Source: an uncultured Gemmatimonadaceae bacterium
Lineage (GTDB): Bacteria > Gemmatimonadota > Gemmatimonadetes > Gemmatimonadales > Gemmatimonadaceae
Reading direction: 5' to 3'
Assembly (NCBI GenBank): GCA_963822945.1
Contig: CAWGJO010000035.1
Span: forward strand, 35,008 to 99,007
Length of the DNA: 64,000 bases
Under the pieces are notes generated by a model that was given only the letters and a program-made list of their open reading frames with translations, did no database searches and had not been told where the DNA came from. The stretch's first letter is position 1, and each line of letters starts with the position of its first letter. Position numbers and translations under genes: made by a program. Shown here piece after piece: positions 39,373 through 51,546 of this stretch.

Positions 39373-40407
39373 TCAGACCTCCTTGCCCATCCTGGCTTGC
39401 AGCCCCCTCCACAGCCGCCCCACGAGAACCTTGGGGCACACCAACCCCTTGAGGATCCGCAGAAACAGGGTCAGGGCCAGGCGTCCAGCTTCGATGCGCA
39501 GACCAACGGTGGCCAAGCCCTCCGCGTGGAACCGCCAATAGTCCCGACCGCGGAGGGAGAGCGCGCCGTCGGCAAGGCACTCATAATGAACGGCACGTGC
39601 TCGCTGGAGGAGGCCCGCCGCCGTCTCCGGAGCAAACAGCCGCGGCCCGTAGCGGCGATTCAGAATTACCTTATTCATCGCGTCGGCGTTCCAGTCCGCA
39701 ATCGTCCACCAGATGGACCCCTCCTGGCGACGATTGAACGTGAGCACCTGGTGAACGAACGCGAAGGCGTTGCCCGGCAACAGGACGTCGAAGCACGCTT
39801 CGATATCCTCGTTCGGACTGTCGATCCGGTAGAATTCGCCCGCCGCGCGCACGTCGCTGCTGCGGAACATGACACAGGTCGGGGAGCCGAACACGGCAAG
39901 GCGGTCCCGAAGATACCGGCGGAGCACATCGGCTCCCGGAAGCACGTCACAGTCGTACGGCAGCCCCTCATTTCCGATGTATGGCAAAGTCTTGCCAAAT
40001 GCAGCAAGCGGCTCGTGGTACGTGTACGAACTCACGAGGGCGACGTCGGCATCCCGCTGAGCGGCCGCCACCATCAAGGACAGGCACTCCGGAAACATGA
40101 AGTCGTCGGCTTGGACGACCTTACAGAACACGCTGTCTTGGGCGATGAGACTAAGAGCGCGATTGTAATTCTCCACTTGCGGGAGAAAGACGCTGGCCTT
40201 GGTCAGTCGAATACGATCGTCGCGTTCGGCGTATGCGTGGGCGATCTCGAATGACCCGTCCGTGCTACAGTTGTCGACGAGCACGTACTCCCAGTTCCCG
40301 TAGCTTTGACTCAGCACGCTCTCAATGCACTCGGCCAGGTACGCGGCAGTGTTGTAGAACGGGGTCACCACACTGACCAGAGGTTCCGGGCGGTTGGGCG
40401 TGCTCAT
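39373..40407 (-). CDS. Glycosyltransferase family 2
   Basis: VSVVTPFYN, DNCSTDGS, ADD. Confidence 0.92.
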   Translation of the reverse strand: MSTPNRPEPLVSVVTPFYNTAAYLAECIESVLSQSYGNWEYVLVDNCSTDGSFEIAHAYAERDDRIRLTKASVFLPQVENYNRALSLIAQDSVFCKVVQADDFMFPECLSLMVAAAQRDADVALVSSYTYHEPLAAFGKTLPYIGNEGLPYDCDVLPGADVLRRYLRDRLAVFGSPTCVMFRSSDVRAAGEFYRIDSPNEDIEACFDVLLPGNAFAFVHQVLTFNRRQEGSIWWTIADWNADAMNKVILNRRYGPRLFAPETAAGLLQRARAVHYECLADGALSLRGRDYWRFHAEGLATVGLRIEAGRLALTLFLRILKGLVCPKVLVGRLWRGLQARMGKEV

Positions 40408-41789
40408 CCTGCGACCTCAGCAGGCTGGAGGCCAAACACACGCGTGAACTGGTCATCCACCAGGCGCCGGTACTCGGCAGTTACCGATTGGAGCCGAGAG
40501 ACCACGAGGCCTGCGCTCATTTCGAGGCGCTCGAAGGTCCGTGGGAGAGCATCCACCTCGAGCGCATGGATATCCAGGCAGTAGTCGCCAAAACCCGTCT
40601 CCTCCATGTGTGTGCGCACCTTCCGGTCATACGAAATCGCCAGCACGGGCTTCCATGCCACGTGCGACAGAATGACACCGTGCAGCCGACTGGCGACGAC
40701 GAAATCGAGGCGGCGCATCACGGGGGCCAGCTGATCGAGCGTTTCGGTGTAGGGAGCGCTCACCAGCGGATGGTCCCCGAGGAGCCCTTCGTTGCCGCAC
40801 GGTGACGCGAGAATCTCCGCGATGATTCGTCGATCGACAGGCTCCGTGGCGAACAGCACGACCTCACGACCGTGGTCGAGGAGCTGCGCGATGAATTGCA
40901 CCAGCAAGGTCCTGTACGTTCCGGCGACGGCGGTGTTCTCCTCCGGCCATCGGTATTTCGACAGATAGGCGATTGGGCTGATGCCCACCACGGGGCGATG
41001 CCCATCGGCAGACGAGCGGCATCCCGCCAATGGCGCCCGGTAGCCGAACGCAAGATCCGGACACACCGGGTCCCGGCGCACAAAAGGCCACCGTTCGAGG
41101 CGGCGCTTCGATTCAGCATCCCGGTACGACCTGTAGTGGGCGAGCCGCAACGCAAGCCTCACGAAGAGGCGGCTGACCTTCGACCGCAAGGTACCCACGC
41201 CAACGCTGAGGAATTCGCATTCTGCGCCGACGGCTCTGCCGATCATCGTCCACTTGAACAGCGCGTAGGGATGGCGAAAGGCGCCGCCCCAATAGTCATC
41301 GATCTGGCCACCGCCTGAGACGACCAGCATCGAGGCGCCACGCATGACAGCGACGGCACGGATGATATGGCCGAATTCACGCACACCAGCACCGATTCGC
41401 GTCGTGTGAAGCACCCGCAATGCATAGCGAGCCACTGGACGCACGAGCGGCGTCTTGCGAACGGTCCGTCGCAGAGAACCGCCGATGCCGCCCTCCGGCG
41501 TCTCTTCTCCACCCACTCGGCCCTCGGACGTGGCTTCGAACCCCGGGAGGAACGTCGTGATGCCGATCGGGAAACAACGGACGCCGTGCAAAGTCGACGT
41601 CGTGGCCGGCGACAGCGTGATCATCACGATGTCCGCGTTCGGAATTCGCCGCCTGATCGCGCGAAGCGCGGACTCCTGGATCGCCGCGTCTCCCAGGTTG
41701 CCCCCCGTGTGCGGTGTCAAGAGCGCGATCTTTGGACCCGCGCCAGCAACCGGACGCCGCGACCCAACGACGTTCATGGGCGGTGCCAT
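40404..41789 (-). CDS. Polysaccharide pyruvyl transferase family protein
   Basis: NLGDAAI, VSGGG, GVG, YRDAES, DLAF, SRLHG, ISYDRKV. Confidence 0.88.
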   Translation of the reverse strand: MAPPMNVVGSRRPVAGAGPKIALLTPHTGGNLGDAAIQESALRAIRRRIPNADIVMITLSPATTSTLHGVRCFPIGITTFLPGFEATSEGRVGGEETPEGGIGGSLRRTVRKTPLVRPVARYALRVLHTTRIGAGVREFGHIIRAVAVMRGASMLVVSGGGQIDDYWGGAFRHPYALFKWTMIGRAVGAECEFLSVGVGTLRSKVSRLFVRLALRLAHYRSYRDAESKRRLERWPFVRRDPVCPDLAFGYRAPLAGCRSSADGHRPVVGISPIAYLSKYRWPEENTAVAGTYRTLLVQFIAQLLDHGREVVLFATEPVDRRIIAEILASPCGNEGLLGDHPLVSAPYTETLDQLAPVMRRLDFVVASRLHGVILSHVAWKPVLAISYDRKVRTHMEETGFGDYCLDIHALEVDALPRTFERLEMSAGLVVSRLQSVTAEYRRLVDDQFTRVFGLQPAEVAG

Positions 41790-41930
41790 CCGATGGCTCC
41801 GCTGGGAGTCGAGCAGCGTGCGCAGGTCACGCGGGAGCGCCTCGCCGGGTGACGCGACCCAAGCCGGCGCGCTGAGTGCCGATCGGCGGATCGTCCTCGT
41901 GCCTCCCGCACGCTGCCTCCGGACCGATCG

Positions 41931-43175
41931 TCACTTCGACCCCACGTCGCTTCCCGCGACCGTCTCAATCTCGTGACGCGTGATGCGCGGATAGAGGTTC
42001 GCCGATCCACGTACATCCAAGGGGCTGTTTACGAAGAACGTGCCGGCCGGCGACCAACGGTCGTATTCCCGTTGGATGTCGTACCGGTAGAGGAGGCAGC
42101 CGACGTGAAACGTGCCCCGCGGCAGATGCAGATCGAGGTCGAAGGTACAGTGGAATACGCCGCCCGCCTCGAGCGAGAAGGTCCCGGCACCCAGCCGTTC
42201 CGTGGACGTGTTGAAGACCTCGTATTGCCCGTCGTCGGTCAGCAGCAAGACGACCGCAAGCTTCTCGACCTTCGCGCTGGCCTCGACGCGGATCTCGACC
42301 CGGACTCTCGCCCCGGGCGTCACCTCGACCGCAGGAGTGCCGTCCTGCTGGAGGATATCGATCTGTGCGATGCGAACGTCCTTGGAAGCATTCCCCTCGT
42401 CACGCGTCGCGTAGGCCCTGCCGAGGTATGTCTTCAGCACTTCGCGCGTCGGCCCCATCGTTTGAACCCGCCCCTTCTCAAGCAGGAGACTGCGCTCGCA
42501 AAGCGCGGCTACGGCCCGGAGGTTGTGCGATACGAATACCACCGTGGCCCCACCCTTGATGATGCTGGCCATCTTCTCGGCGCATTTGAGTTGAAAGACA
42601 TAGTCGCCGACGCTCAGCACCTCGTCCACGATCAGGAGCTCGGGCTCCACATGTGCGGCCACGGCGAAGCCGAGCCGCGCGTACATCCCCGAGGAGTACC
42701 GTTTCACGGGGGTATCGATGAAGTCGTCCAGCCCGGAGAAGGCGACGATTTCGTCGAACCGGCGGCGGATCTCCTCTCGACGCATTCCGAGAATCGTGCC
42801 GTTCAGGTAGACGTTCTCCCGGCCTGTGAGGTCCTGATGAAATCCGGCCCCGACCTCGATCAGCGCGGACAGGCGACCGTTCACGTGTACGGATCCGTGC
42901 GTCGGCTTCATGATCCCGCTCAGCAGTTTCAGAATCGTGCTCTTGCCGGCGCCGTTCGATCCGATGATCCCGAACGCCTCCCCGCGCTGGACTTCGAACG
43001 ACACCTCGCGAAGCGCCCAGAAATCGCCGTCCGAGAGCTGGCTCAACCGGCCTGGCTTGAAGAGCCGCCCGGTCAACGCCGGGATGAGGTCCCGGAGCGA
43101 GTCGTAGATTTCCCCCTTCCGGAATTTCTTCGATACGTTCTCGACCCGAAGGACCGGCGTCGCCGTCGAACTCAT
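41931..43175 (-). CDS. wzt: Polysaccharide ABC exporter ATPase with C-terminal domain
   Basis: GSNGAGKST, LIEVGAGF, YSSGMYARLGFA, VDEVLSVGD. Confidence 0.93.
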   Translation of the reverse strand: MSSTATPVLRVENVSKKFRKGEIYDSLRDLIPALTGRLFKPGRLSQLSDGDFWALREVSFEVQRGEAFGIIGSNGAGKSTILKLLSGIMKPTHGSVHVNGRLSALIEVGAGFHQDLTGRENVYLNGTILGMRREEIRRRFDEIVAFSGLDDFIDTPVKRYSSGMYARLGFAVAAHVEPELLIVDEVLSVGDYVFQLKCAEKMASIIKGGATVVFVSHNLRAVAALCERSLLLEKGRVQTMGPTREVLKTYLGRAYATRDEGNASKDVRIAQIDILQQDGTPAVEVTPGARVRVEIRVEASAKVEKLAVVLLLTDDGQYEVFNTSTERLGAGTFSLEAGGVFHCTFDLDLHLPRGTFHVGCLLYRYDIQREYDRWSPAGTFFVNSPLDVRGSANLYPRITRHEIETVAGSDVGSK

Positions 43176-44104
43176 ATGCTCTCTGCGAAATAGGGCTCCA
43201 TGCGCTTGAAGGCGATGAATGCCAGGACGAAGCCTACGGTGGCGAACACGCCGCTATAGACGAACCAGCCCGTACTGATGAAGGGGGTCCCCACCACCGC
43301 GGCACCCATACCCTCGATAATCGGTGCGACCGGATTCAGGAGGATCAGCGAAGACCAGCGCTTGAACATCGCCGCCTCGTAGAACACGGGGGTGAAGAAG
43401 ATCCCGAAGGTGACGAACACCTCGACCAGGTACTTCACGTCCCGGAAGAACAGGCTGCTCGCGGAGAGCACCAATGCAAGTGCCGACGCGAGGAAGAACA
43501 ATTCCACGACGAAGATCGGCAGGAACAGAATCTGCGGGCCAATGCTCACGCCCACGACCAACGGAAGCACGACGGCCAGCACCGCGGCGCCAACAAGGAA
43601 GTCAAAGAACTGCGCGATGACCGACGAAAGGGGAAAGACCTCCCGGGGCGTGTATATCTTCGTGACGAGGTTGCTGTTGGAAATCAGGCTTGTGGACGAC
43701 AGCTTCACCGCCGCTGCGAAGAAGGCCCACGGCAGCGCTTTGACGGTTACGAGCGCGAGGCTCTGCCGCGTCACACTCGACCCAGACAGATTCGCCATCG
43801 CGACCTTCACGATCACGCCCGCCCCGACAATCAGCGCCGGCATCAGGATCGCCCACAGGAATCCCATGACGGATTGCTTGTATCGAACTTTGATCTCGCG
43901 CTGGACGAGCGCCACAAGGAGATCGCGGTGCAGACGGAAGTGACCCCACCATCGGCCCGGCGTCCATGCCGCTCTGGCGACGCCCGCACGGGCCGCTTCC
44001 GCCACCGCAACGGGCTGTTCTTGACCTATTGTCGACACACTGTCGGACCTCGTCGGCAGTCGCACCGCGCGGAAACGCCGGCGCGGAGGCATTGGATCGG
44101 ACAC
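43172..44104 (-). CDS. wzm: Polysaccharide ABC exporter permease
   Basis: REIKVRYKQSVMGFLWAIL, KIYTPRE, FRDV, TPVFY, LNPVA; start uncertain. Confidence 0.9.
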   Translation of the reverse strand: MSDPMPPRRRFRAVRLPTRSDSVSTIGQEQPVAVAEAARAGVARAAWTPGRWWGHFRLHRDLLVALVQREIKVRYKQSVMGFLWAILMPALIVGAGVIVKVAMANLSGSSVTRQSLALVTVKALPWAFFAAAVKLSSTSLISNSNLVTKIYTPREVFPLSSVIAQFFDFLVGAAVLAVVLPLVVGVSIGPQILFLPIFVVELFFLASALALVLSASSLFFRDVKYLVEVFVTFGIFFTPVFYEAAMFKRWSSLILLNPVAPIIEGMGAAVVGTPFISTGWFVYSGVFATVGFVLAFIAFKRMEPYFAESI

Positions 44105-44360
44105 TCACCGTCAAACGGCGACTGTCCGTGGATGGCACAGAGTGGACGGCCGCCATCTCGGACCTTCTCCCAGATCGGTCGGCAACAAACGACTCAAGAC
44201 GGCGAATCGTTCATCGTACAGGTTCACGATCGCAGCTACAAGCACCGCTTGCCGTGTTGGGCCTCACGCGGAAGGGACGCCTTCGCGGACGTCATTCACC
44301 CGTGTTCCAGCCAGGCGATCCACTCCCGGAGTTGCCCCACGGATCTGGGTTCCGGGCGTG

Positions 44361-45683
44361 TCAATCCACGGGCTGCAGCAAGTCGTGCTCCAGGAGCGCT
44401 CGCGATGCATCCCTGAGCAATGCAAATTGCATGCCGGAGCGCTCGGCGATGTCGAGTAGTGTATGGTTCCCGTCGGAGAAGTTCAGCACCCAGAGGAGCG
44501 CCATCTCGAACCCCCGAGGTGTCGTGCCGCCCACGTTGCCGTACAGACCCCGTCGGCCGAGTTGAGGCTCGCCCCGGGGACTGAGGTTCACGTACGCCCG
44601 GTCGTGCTCGAGGATCTCCACGATTCTCAAGGCCTTGGCGAGCGAGTCTTCGCAGCGCTTCGGGCCGCACGAAGTCGACGTCGTCGGCGGACGTGTGGTA
44701 TTCCGGGAAACTGCCGTTGGGGGTACGCATGAGACAGCCCACTGCCAGGTTGAAGCCAGGCGAGCAGTACTGCCGCTCGTCGTAGCCGTAGGGTACGAAG
44801 TCCCGCAGCTCGTACGGCCCCGGCCTGTCTCGAGCACCAGGGCGGCTGCCCGGTCTATCGGCGCATCGCCCCGTCGACTGCGTTTGTACGTCGAGGGCCC
44901 CGGATCCCCAGGCAGCTCAGCACCAGTCCGTGCCGGACCCGTCCGACCGCCTCGGGATTCAGCGCGAGCCAGGTCAGGGAGCCGATGGTGCCCGGAATGA
45001 ACAGGAAACGCATGCCGTGGCGCCGGGGGACGTCGCTCAGGTAGCGGGCGAGCCAGACGGCCACGGCCATTCCCGACAGGTTGTCGTTGGCCAACGACGG
45101 ATGGCAGCTGTGGGCCGAGAAGAGAATGTCGCCTGCGTCGCCCGCCTCGGTTGGCGGGAAGGTACAGCTTCCCCGTACGTCAGGTGTCCCGGCTCCAGCG
45201 TCGAGTCGATGCAGACCTCGTACTCGACGTTCGGGTCACGCTCCAGCGCCTCCAGAGTCCGATGCCGCAGACAGAAGCCCCACGACTCCTCGTAGTACGA
45301 TGTCCGGTAGGGAATCCAGTCCGGGTGGTCCGGAAGCGTGTGCAGGTGGGGCCGGAGCTCCTCCAGCGTCATGCGCGCACGTACGGGCGTGCTGTAGTTC
45401 ACGACGTGCAGCGAATGCGCCTGGAAATCGACGACCCGATCGCCCGTCCGGAGTCCGCGATCCACGCGTCCCGGATATTCCACTCCTTGGGAACCGTCCA
45501 GTCGAGCACCTGGGTGCCGGTCGGCACCTCCCGAAGTTCGAGCGGGACGATCTCACCGAGACGCCGTAGCGTCGCCCGGAGACCCTCGCCGGTGATGCTC
45601 CTGCAGATGGGATACAGCTCCTCGAACGAGACTGTGCATAGCTCGCCACCGCTTCCGGGCCTGACACCTCGTAGGCCCGTCAT
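44361..45683 (-). CDS. DUF4910 aminopeptidase-like protein (several frameshifts)
   Basis: Fragments ELYPICRSITGEG, DWTVPKEWNIRDA, IPYRTSYY, ANDNLSG, EYHTSADD, GEPQLGRRGLY in different frames. Confidence 0.8.
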
Positions 45684-46225
45684 GGGCATGCGTCCGGGCA
45701 CGAAGTCGGGGTACGTGGCGTCCCGCTCGTTGATCATGGGGTCGGCCACGGGCCACTCGATGCCGAAGGCTGGATCGTTCCAGCGAACTCCCCGCGCCGA
45801 GTCGGGAGCGTAGAACTCGCGTCATCTGATAGAAGACCTCGGTGTCGTCCTCCAACGTCACGAAGCCGTGGGCGAACCCACGGGGGACGTACAGCGCCCT
45901 GCCCGGTGGCGGCGCTCAACTCCACCCCGTAGTGCCGGGTGTAGCTCGGCGAGCCGGGCCGCATGTCGATGATCACGTCCCAAATGGCCCCGCGGACGCA
46001 CCGCACCAGCTTGGCCTCCTCGTGGGGCGCGGCCTGCCAGTGCATGCCACGCAGCGTTCCGCTTGTCCGGTTGTAGGAGAGCGAACACTGCACCACGCTC
46101 GGCTCGAGCCCCTGGTCCGCGAATTCCCGAGCGCACCAGGTGCGCGCGAAGTAGCCCCGGTCGTCCTCGTGCCGCTCGAGGTCCACCAGCCAGGCCCCCT
46201 CCAGCGGAGTCGGCGTGAAGATCAC
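45680..46225 (-). CDS. rfbC: NDP-4-keto-6-deoxyhexose 3,5-epimerase (frameshifted)
   Basis: DDRGYFAR, GTLRGMHWQ, EAKLVRC, DVIIDMR. Confidence 0.82.
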
Positions 46226-47523
46226 GGCACCACCGTCAGTTCGGGTATGGGCACGACGAACTGCCCACCCCAGTCCCGAATGTACGCGAGCTGCGCCATG
46301 ATCTCCTCTCGGAGATTCCACGGCAGGATCAGCACGTAGTCCGGCTCTGGCCTCCGCGAGTCGTTCGGGCTCGCGAATGGGAATGTGGGTGCCCGGGAGC
46401 AGCTTGCCCTGCTTGTAGGGGCTCCGGTCCACGGTGAAGTCCAGGAAGTCGCCGCGGATACCGCAGTAGTTCAGCAGGGTGTTTCCCTTGCCGGGCGCCC
46501 CGTACCCCACGATCCGCTTGCCCGCGCGCTTGGCTTCGATGAGGAACTCCAGAAGCTTGCGCTTGGTCTCCCGCACCTGCTCCTCGAACGATCGGTAGTA
46601 GGCCTCGTCGTCCACGCCGGCCTCGAGCTCGCGCGCCCGCAGCTCCAGCAACCGGTCGGTGAGCGGCCGGCCGGCTTCGTCGTCGTGCCGCGCCCAGATT
46701 CTCAACGACCCGCCGTGCGTCGGCAGCTCCTCGACGTCGAAGAGCGTGAGGCCGTGGGCGGCGAAGATCCGCTCGGCCGAGTAGAGCGAGAAGTAGGAGA
46801 AGTGCTCGTGGTAGATCGTGTCGAATTGGTTCTCGGCGACCAACCGTTCAAGGTGCGGGAACTCGATGGTCACCGTGCCGCCTGGGGCCAACAGCTCCTT
46901 CAGCCCTGCCACGAAGTCGTTGACGTCGTTGACCTGGGCCAGGACGTTGTTGCCCAATACGAGATCCGCCTTGCCGCGCTGCATCCGCCAGCTGCGCGCG
47001 CACTCTCCCGTCCAAAGAACTCGACGAGCGTCGGAACACCCCTTTCGACGGCGACCTTCGCGACGTTGGCGGCCGGCTCGATTCCCAGCACCGGGATTCC
47101 CCGCTCCACGAAGTACTGGAGGAGGTACCCATCGTTGCTGGCCACCTCCACCACGCTGCTGGACTCATCCAGGCCCAACTCGGCCGATCGACCTGCTCCA
47201 CGTATCGCCGGGAGTGGTCCAACCACGAATCCGAGTACGAGGAGAAGTAGGCGTACTCGGTGAAGATGTCTTCGCCGCTCACGTACTCTTCGAGCTGGAC
47301 CAGGAAGCATCGGTCGCAGACCCACACGTGGAGCGGATAGAACGGCTCCATGGCGTTGGCCTTGTCCGGGCTGACGTAGCTCTCGCAGAGGGGGGACATC
47401 CCAAGATCGACGAAGCTCTGTTGCAGCGGAGCGCCGCAGAATCGGCACGTGCCCGGGTCGCGGCGGCCCGTCAGTCGCCGAAGGCCATGTTGTGCGGGCA
47501 GTGCCCGTGGAATGGTCGGTCAT
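46222..47523 (-). CDS. NDP-sugar C-methyltransferase (frameshifted)
   Basis: CDRCFLVQL, YAYFSSYS, EVASNDGYLL, FDTIYHEHFSY, YGAPGKGNTLLNYCG. Confidence 0.85.
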
Positions 47524-47640
47524 AGTTGGCGTTCACCTGGTCTAGGCCTCGTACGAGGCCGGCTGATGAAGTGCGTCTACACAGCTTCAAATGGCGCGAG
47601 AGAATGTCGCCCGAAGGCCAGGCTCATGAATGAGTCGAGC

Positions 47641-48297
47641 TCACAGCTCCAGCCGCAGCTTCCTGCAGTGGAATCCCTCGGCGTATCGGGTCGGTGCAGC
47701 CGATTCCACTCCCCGCAAGTCGCATCAAGCCAGCAAGCGTCTCCCGATCGAACCAGTGCTTTCCGCGTCTGCGTCGGGAAATGCCGCAACGCGAGATCGA
47801 TCTTTCGATCCACGGTCGCTGCATCCAACGGTGAGAAGACGTTGGGTGAGCCCAAGCCACCGTCGAACTTGGGGATCTCGTAGCCCAGCACCATATGGTC
47901 CCGGAACGTCTCCCGCGTCAGACTGCCGAGCAGATTGTGGTCCTGATGGAGGTCGGCCTCTTCGTGCGTGAAGATCAAGTCCGGAGTCGGGCCTTCCTTC
48001 AACGCTTCGAAGACGGCTTTGACATCGGCGCGGACGGACGGGAAAAAGCCCATCCGGGAACTCGTGCACTTGGATCTCGTGCGAGGCCGCTTCGCTCAGA
48101 AAGGCATTGGCGCTGTTCTTGGCTTCGTCAGCCCGTGCTCCGTGTGCGGCGAAGACGACCCACCGGACTCGCGCCTTTCGGTGCTTCATCAGTTGCAGGA
48201 TCGTTCCACCGCACCCGATCTCGATGTCGTCGGAGTGCGCGCCGAGGCAGAGGACCTCGAGGCCGCCGTCCCGATCCGCCAGGTCGAGAGCTATCAT
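47641..48297 (-). CDS. PIG-L family deacetylase (frameshifted)
   Basis: GAHSDDIEIGCGG, DLHQDH, YEIPKFDG. Confidence 0.82.
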
Positions 48298-49092
48298 GGC
48301 TCGACCGGCTCCACGCCGTTCGTCCACACGTGCCAAGGCGGATTGCCTTCAGCGTGTAGCGCGTCGACCCGTGCCTTGTCCTTGGCCGTGTCCACGGCCT
48401 GCCAGTAGCCGTCGTACGGGTAGGCGACGAGCTTGCCGGCCGCGATGATCCGTTGAAACGGCTCGAACACGAGGTCCTCGCCGGGTTCGGATGTAGTCGA
48501 AGACCTCTTGGCGGAAGACGAAGAATCCTCCGTTGACCCGGATGCCCGACTCCGCGATGTCGTGAAAGCCGGCCCCTCCCTCGCGGTCGGCTCTGCACGA
48601 AGTGGTAGCTGAGGTTGGGTGGCACGGACAGGAAGCTGGCGACCGCCTCCCTTCGCTCGAAATCCTCGATCTGCTTCGGTAAGTCGAGATCGGTCAATCC
48701 GTCGGCATAGTTGGCCAGGAACATGTCTTCGCCCTGCGAGGTGCTTGCGAACCGCCACCAGCCGTTCGCCGATGCTCGCCTTCAGTCCCGGTGTCCACGA
48801 AGGTGATGCGCCAGTCGTGGATATCCTGGGCCAGCAACTGCCGCGTGCGTCCGCCGTCGGTCAGCACGAAGTCGTTGGTCGTATACTCCTCGTAGTTCAG
48901 GAAATACTGCTTGATCGCCGTGGCCCCGTGCCGAGACAGAGGATGAAGTCCTTATGCCCGAAGTGGGCATAGTACTTCATGAGGTACCAGATAATCGGGA
49001 CGCTCGCCGATCAGCACCATCGGCTTGGGCACGTTTCCCGAATACTCCCGGAGGCGCATCCCGAGCCCGCCGCAAAACAGGACGACCTTCAT
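48294..49092 (-). CDS. rfbF: Glucose-1-phosphate cytidylyltransferase-like (frameshifted)
   Basis: [17 protein letters not shown]...[24 protein letters not shown]. Confidence 0.82.
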
Positions 49093-50149
49093 CGTGCGAC
49101 CCTCCCCCGCCGACGCCCTCTCGCGCCACCGGAGTTGCTCGTCCAGACGTTCAGCCTCCAGCAGCGCACGAATCCGCTTGATGCGGAAGTAGCGCTCGCT
49201 CAGGAACTCATCGAATCGAGATCCCGTTCCGAGAACGCGTCGACCAACTCCTTCACGCCCTTCTCCACAGTCCACTCGAGGCTCGTATCCGGGGAGTTGC
49301 GTCTCGATCTTCGAGCAGTCCACCCGATAGCTCCGAGGGTCGGGGCCGCCACCTTCCGCGTACTCGAATTCGGGCCCCCGGAACCGCCGCGTCCACGATC
49401 TCGGCCAGATCTCGCACCTGGTAGTTCTCCTTCGTACGCCCCACGTTGAAGGCCTCGTTGTGGACGACTTCGCGAGGAGCTTCGAGCGCCGCCAGGAACG
49501 CATTCGAGAAAGTCCCGCACGTGGACGAGTGGGCGCCACGGGGTGCCGTCACTCTGGATCAACACCTCGCCCGTGGTGAACGCATAACCCCACGAGGTTG
49601 TTGACCACGATATCGGCCCGGAGTCGAGGCGACAGGCCGTACGCGGTGGCATTGCGCATGAACGTGGGACTGAAGTCATCACTCGCGAGCTCCGCGACGT
49701 CTTGCTCAGTCAGGATCTTCGACTTGCCGTACGGCGTGAGTGGGTTGAAGCCGGCCTCTCGTTGAGGAAGGCGTCTCCCTGGGCGCCGTACAGCGAGCAG
49801 GATGATGCGAACACGAAGCGCTCGACGCCGGCCTGCTTCGCCATGCGTGCCAAGCGCGACGGACCCCCGATGGTTGATCTGGAAGGTCAGATCGGGATCC
49901 AGATTTCCCAGGGGATCGTTGGACAATGCCGCGAGGTGGACGACCGCATCGAATCCGGCCAGGTCGCCCGGATGCACGTCGCGAACGTCGGCCTTCCTGC
50001 TCTCGACAGACGGCCCCGCGTAGTCCGCGAACCCGCATTCCGAGAAGAGCCCCGTATCCAATCCCACCACCGTCGTGCCCCGCCTCTTCGAGCACCGGCG
50101 CCATGACGGAGCCGATGTATCCGTCGTGGCCAGTCATCAAGATTCTCAC
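49089..50149 (-). CDS. NAD-dependent sugar epimerase/dehydratase (frameshifted)
   Basis: [40 protein letters not shown]. Confidence 0.85.
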
Positions 50150-50174
50150 GTGAATACTCTCCGTTTTGTTGAGA

Positions 50175-51482
50175 TCACCCGAAGACCCGTCGAGTCGGGC
50201 GTCCGTTCAGGTAGGCGGCGACACTGCCTTCGTCGATGGCATGGCGATAGACCTCAAGAGCGGCGCCCACCACCTCCACCGTCCGGTCGACATCCTGCTC
50301 ACTATGCGAATAGCTCAGGACGAACGACGGACCGAGCACACCTCCCCGAATGAGCTCTTGCATGAAAAGCGCACGAAATTCCTGTGACGGCGCTCCGTCG
50401 GGCCCGCGCGTGACGTAGACGAGGTTCGCTGGGTGCCCGGTCACCTCGACGTAGGCGTCGAGGCCCTGGGCGGCGATCACCTCTCGCACTGACCGTTGCA
50501 GGTGCAGGCCCCGGTCGCGGAGGACTTCCGACACGCCTTCCCGACGACAAACGTCGAGGGTAGCGATGCAAGCTGCCAGAGCATGCGTTTCTGCGCCATG
50601 CGTCGTCGAGAGCAAGAACACCCGGTCGCGCGGCTCGCGATCGAGGGATCCGAGCTCCATGATCTCGCGCTTCCCAACCAACGCCGAGATCGCGAACCCG
50701 TTTCCGATGCCCTTGCCGAACGCGGAGAGATCGGGGGTAACGCCGTAGACCGCTTGCGCACCGCCAAGGCCCCAACGCAATCCGGTGATCATCTCATCGA
50801 AGATGAGGACTGCCCCGTGAGCGGTGCAGGCCGCGCGAACCCCCTCCAAGAACCCCTGCTCGGGCTCCACCGACGTTGCCGCCTCCATGATCACGCACGC
50901 GATGCCGTCCGGATGGCCATCGAAGAGAGCCTCCAGGCTCTCAAGATCGTTGAAACGAAAACCAACCGTGAGTTCGGGAATCGCCCTCGGGATCCCTGCG
51001 GCCATCGAGGTTACGCCGATGAACCAGTCGTCCACTGAGAAGAACGGCTGATCGGAACAGATCGCTACCAGATCCCGACCCGTCCATGCCCGGGCGAGCT
51101 TGACCGCCGCCGTGGTCACGTCCGATCCGTTCTTCGCGAACTTCACCATGTCGGCACCAGGCACCAGATCGAGGAGGGATTCCGCACACTCGACCTCCAG
51201 CGGAGACGGACGGGTGAAGTTGGTCCCGTTTCGCATTGCCCCGTACGCCGCCTCGACGACACTGGGATACGCGTGGCCCAGGACAACAGCACGTAGCCCC
51301 ATGCCGTACTCGATGTATTCCCGCCCGTCCATGTCCCAGACGTGCGAGCCAGCACCTCGCTGAATGAATGGAGGAGCCGTGATCGGATACTGGTCATCAC
51401 CCTTGGCATAGGTATGGCAGCCAGCGGGGATGAGCTGATGCGCTCTCTCTTGGAGTGCTCGGGTACGATCGGAAAGGGGCAT
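50175..51482 (-). CDS. Class III aminotransferase (GSA-aminomutase-like)
   Basis: HTYAKGDDQ, FAKNGSD, FDEMITG, FGKGIGNG, STTHG. Confidence 0.88.
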   Translation of the reverse strand: MPLSDRTRALQERAHQLIPAGCHTYAKGDDQYPITAPPFIQRGAGSHVWDMDGREYIEYGMGLRAVVLGHAYPSVVEAAYGAMRNGTNFTRPSPLEVECAESLLDLVPGADMVKFAKNGSDVTTAAVKLARAWTGRDLVAICSDQPFFSVDDWFIGVTSMAAGIPRAIPELTVGFRFNDLESLEALFDGHPDGIACVIMEAATSVEPEQGFLEGVRAACTAHGAVLIFDEMITGLRWGLGGAQAVYGVTPDLSAFGKGIGNGFAISALVGKREIMELGSLDREPRDRVFLLSTTHGAETHALAACIATLDVCRREGVSEVLRDRGLHLQRSVREVIAAQGLDAYVEVTGHPANLVYVTRGPDGAPSQEFRALFMQELIRGGVLGPSFVLSYSHSEQDVDRTVEVVGAALEVYRHAIDEGSVAAYLNGRPTRRVFG

Positions 51483-51546
51483 GCGGGGTTCGGACGGGGA
51501 GATCAGAACGCGCAGCGAACATGCGCCAGCGGATGTGCCTCCCGAC

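Noticed and set aside
45734..46984. Methyltransferase-epimerase fusion (also epimerase-rfbF at 48952-49539)
   Set aside because: Indel artefacts; GTGA/ATGA junctions are visible at 46222-46225 and 49089-49092.
50175..51482. hemL (tetrapyrrole synthesis)
   Set aside because: Context is a nucleotide-sugar operon, so it is treated as a GSA-like aminotransferase only.
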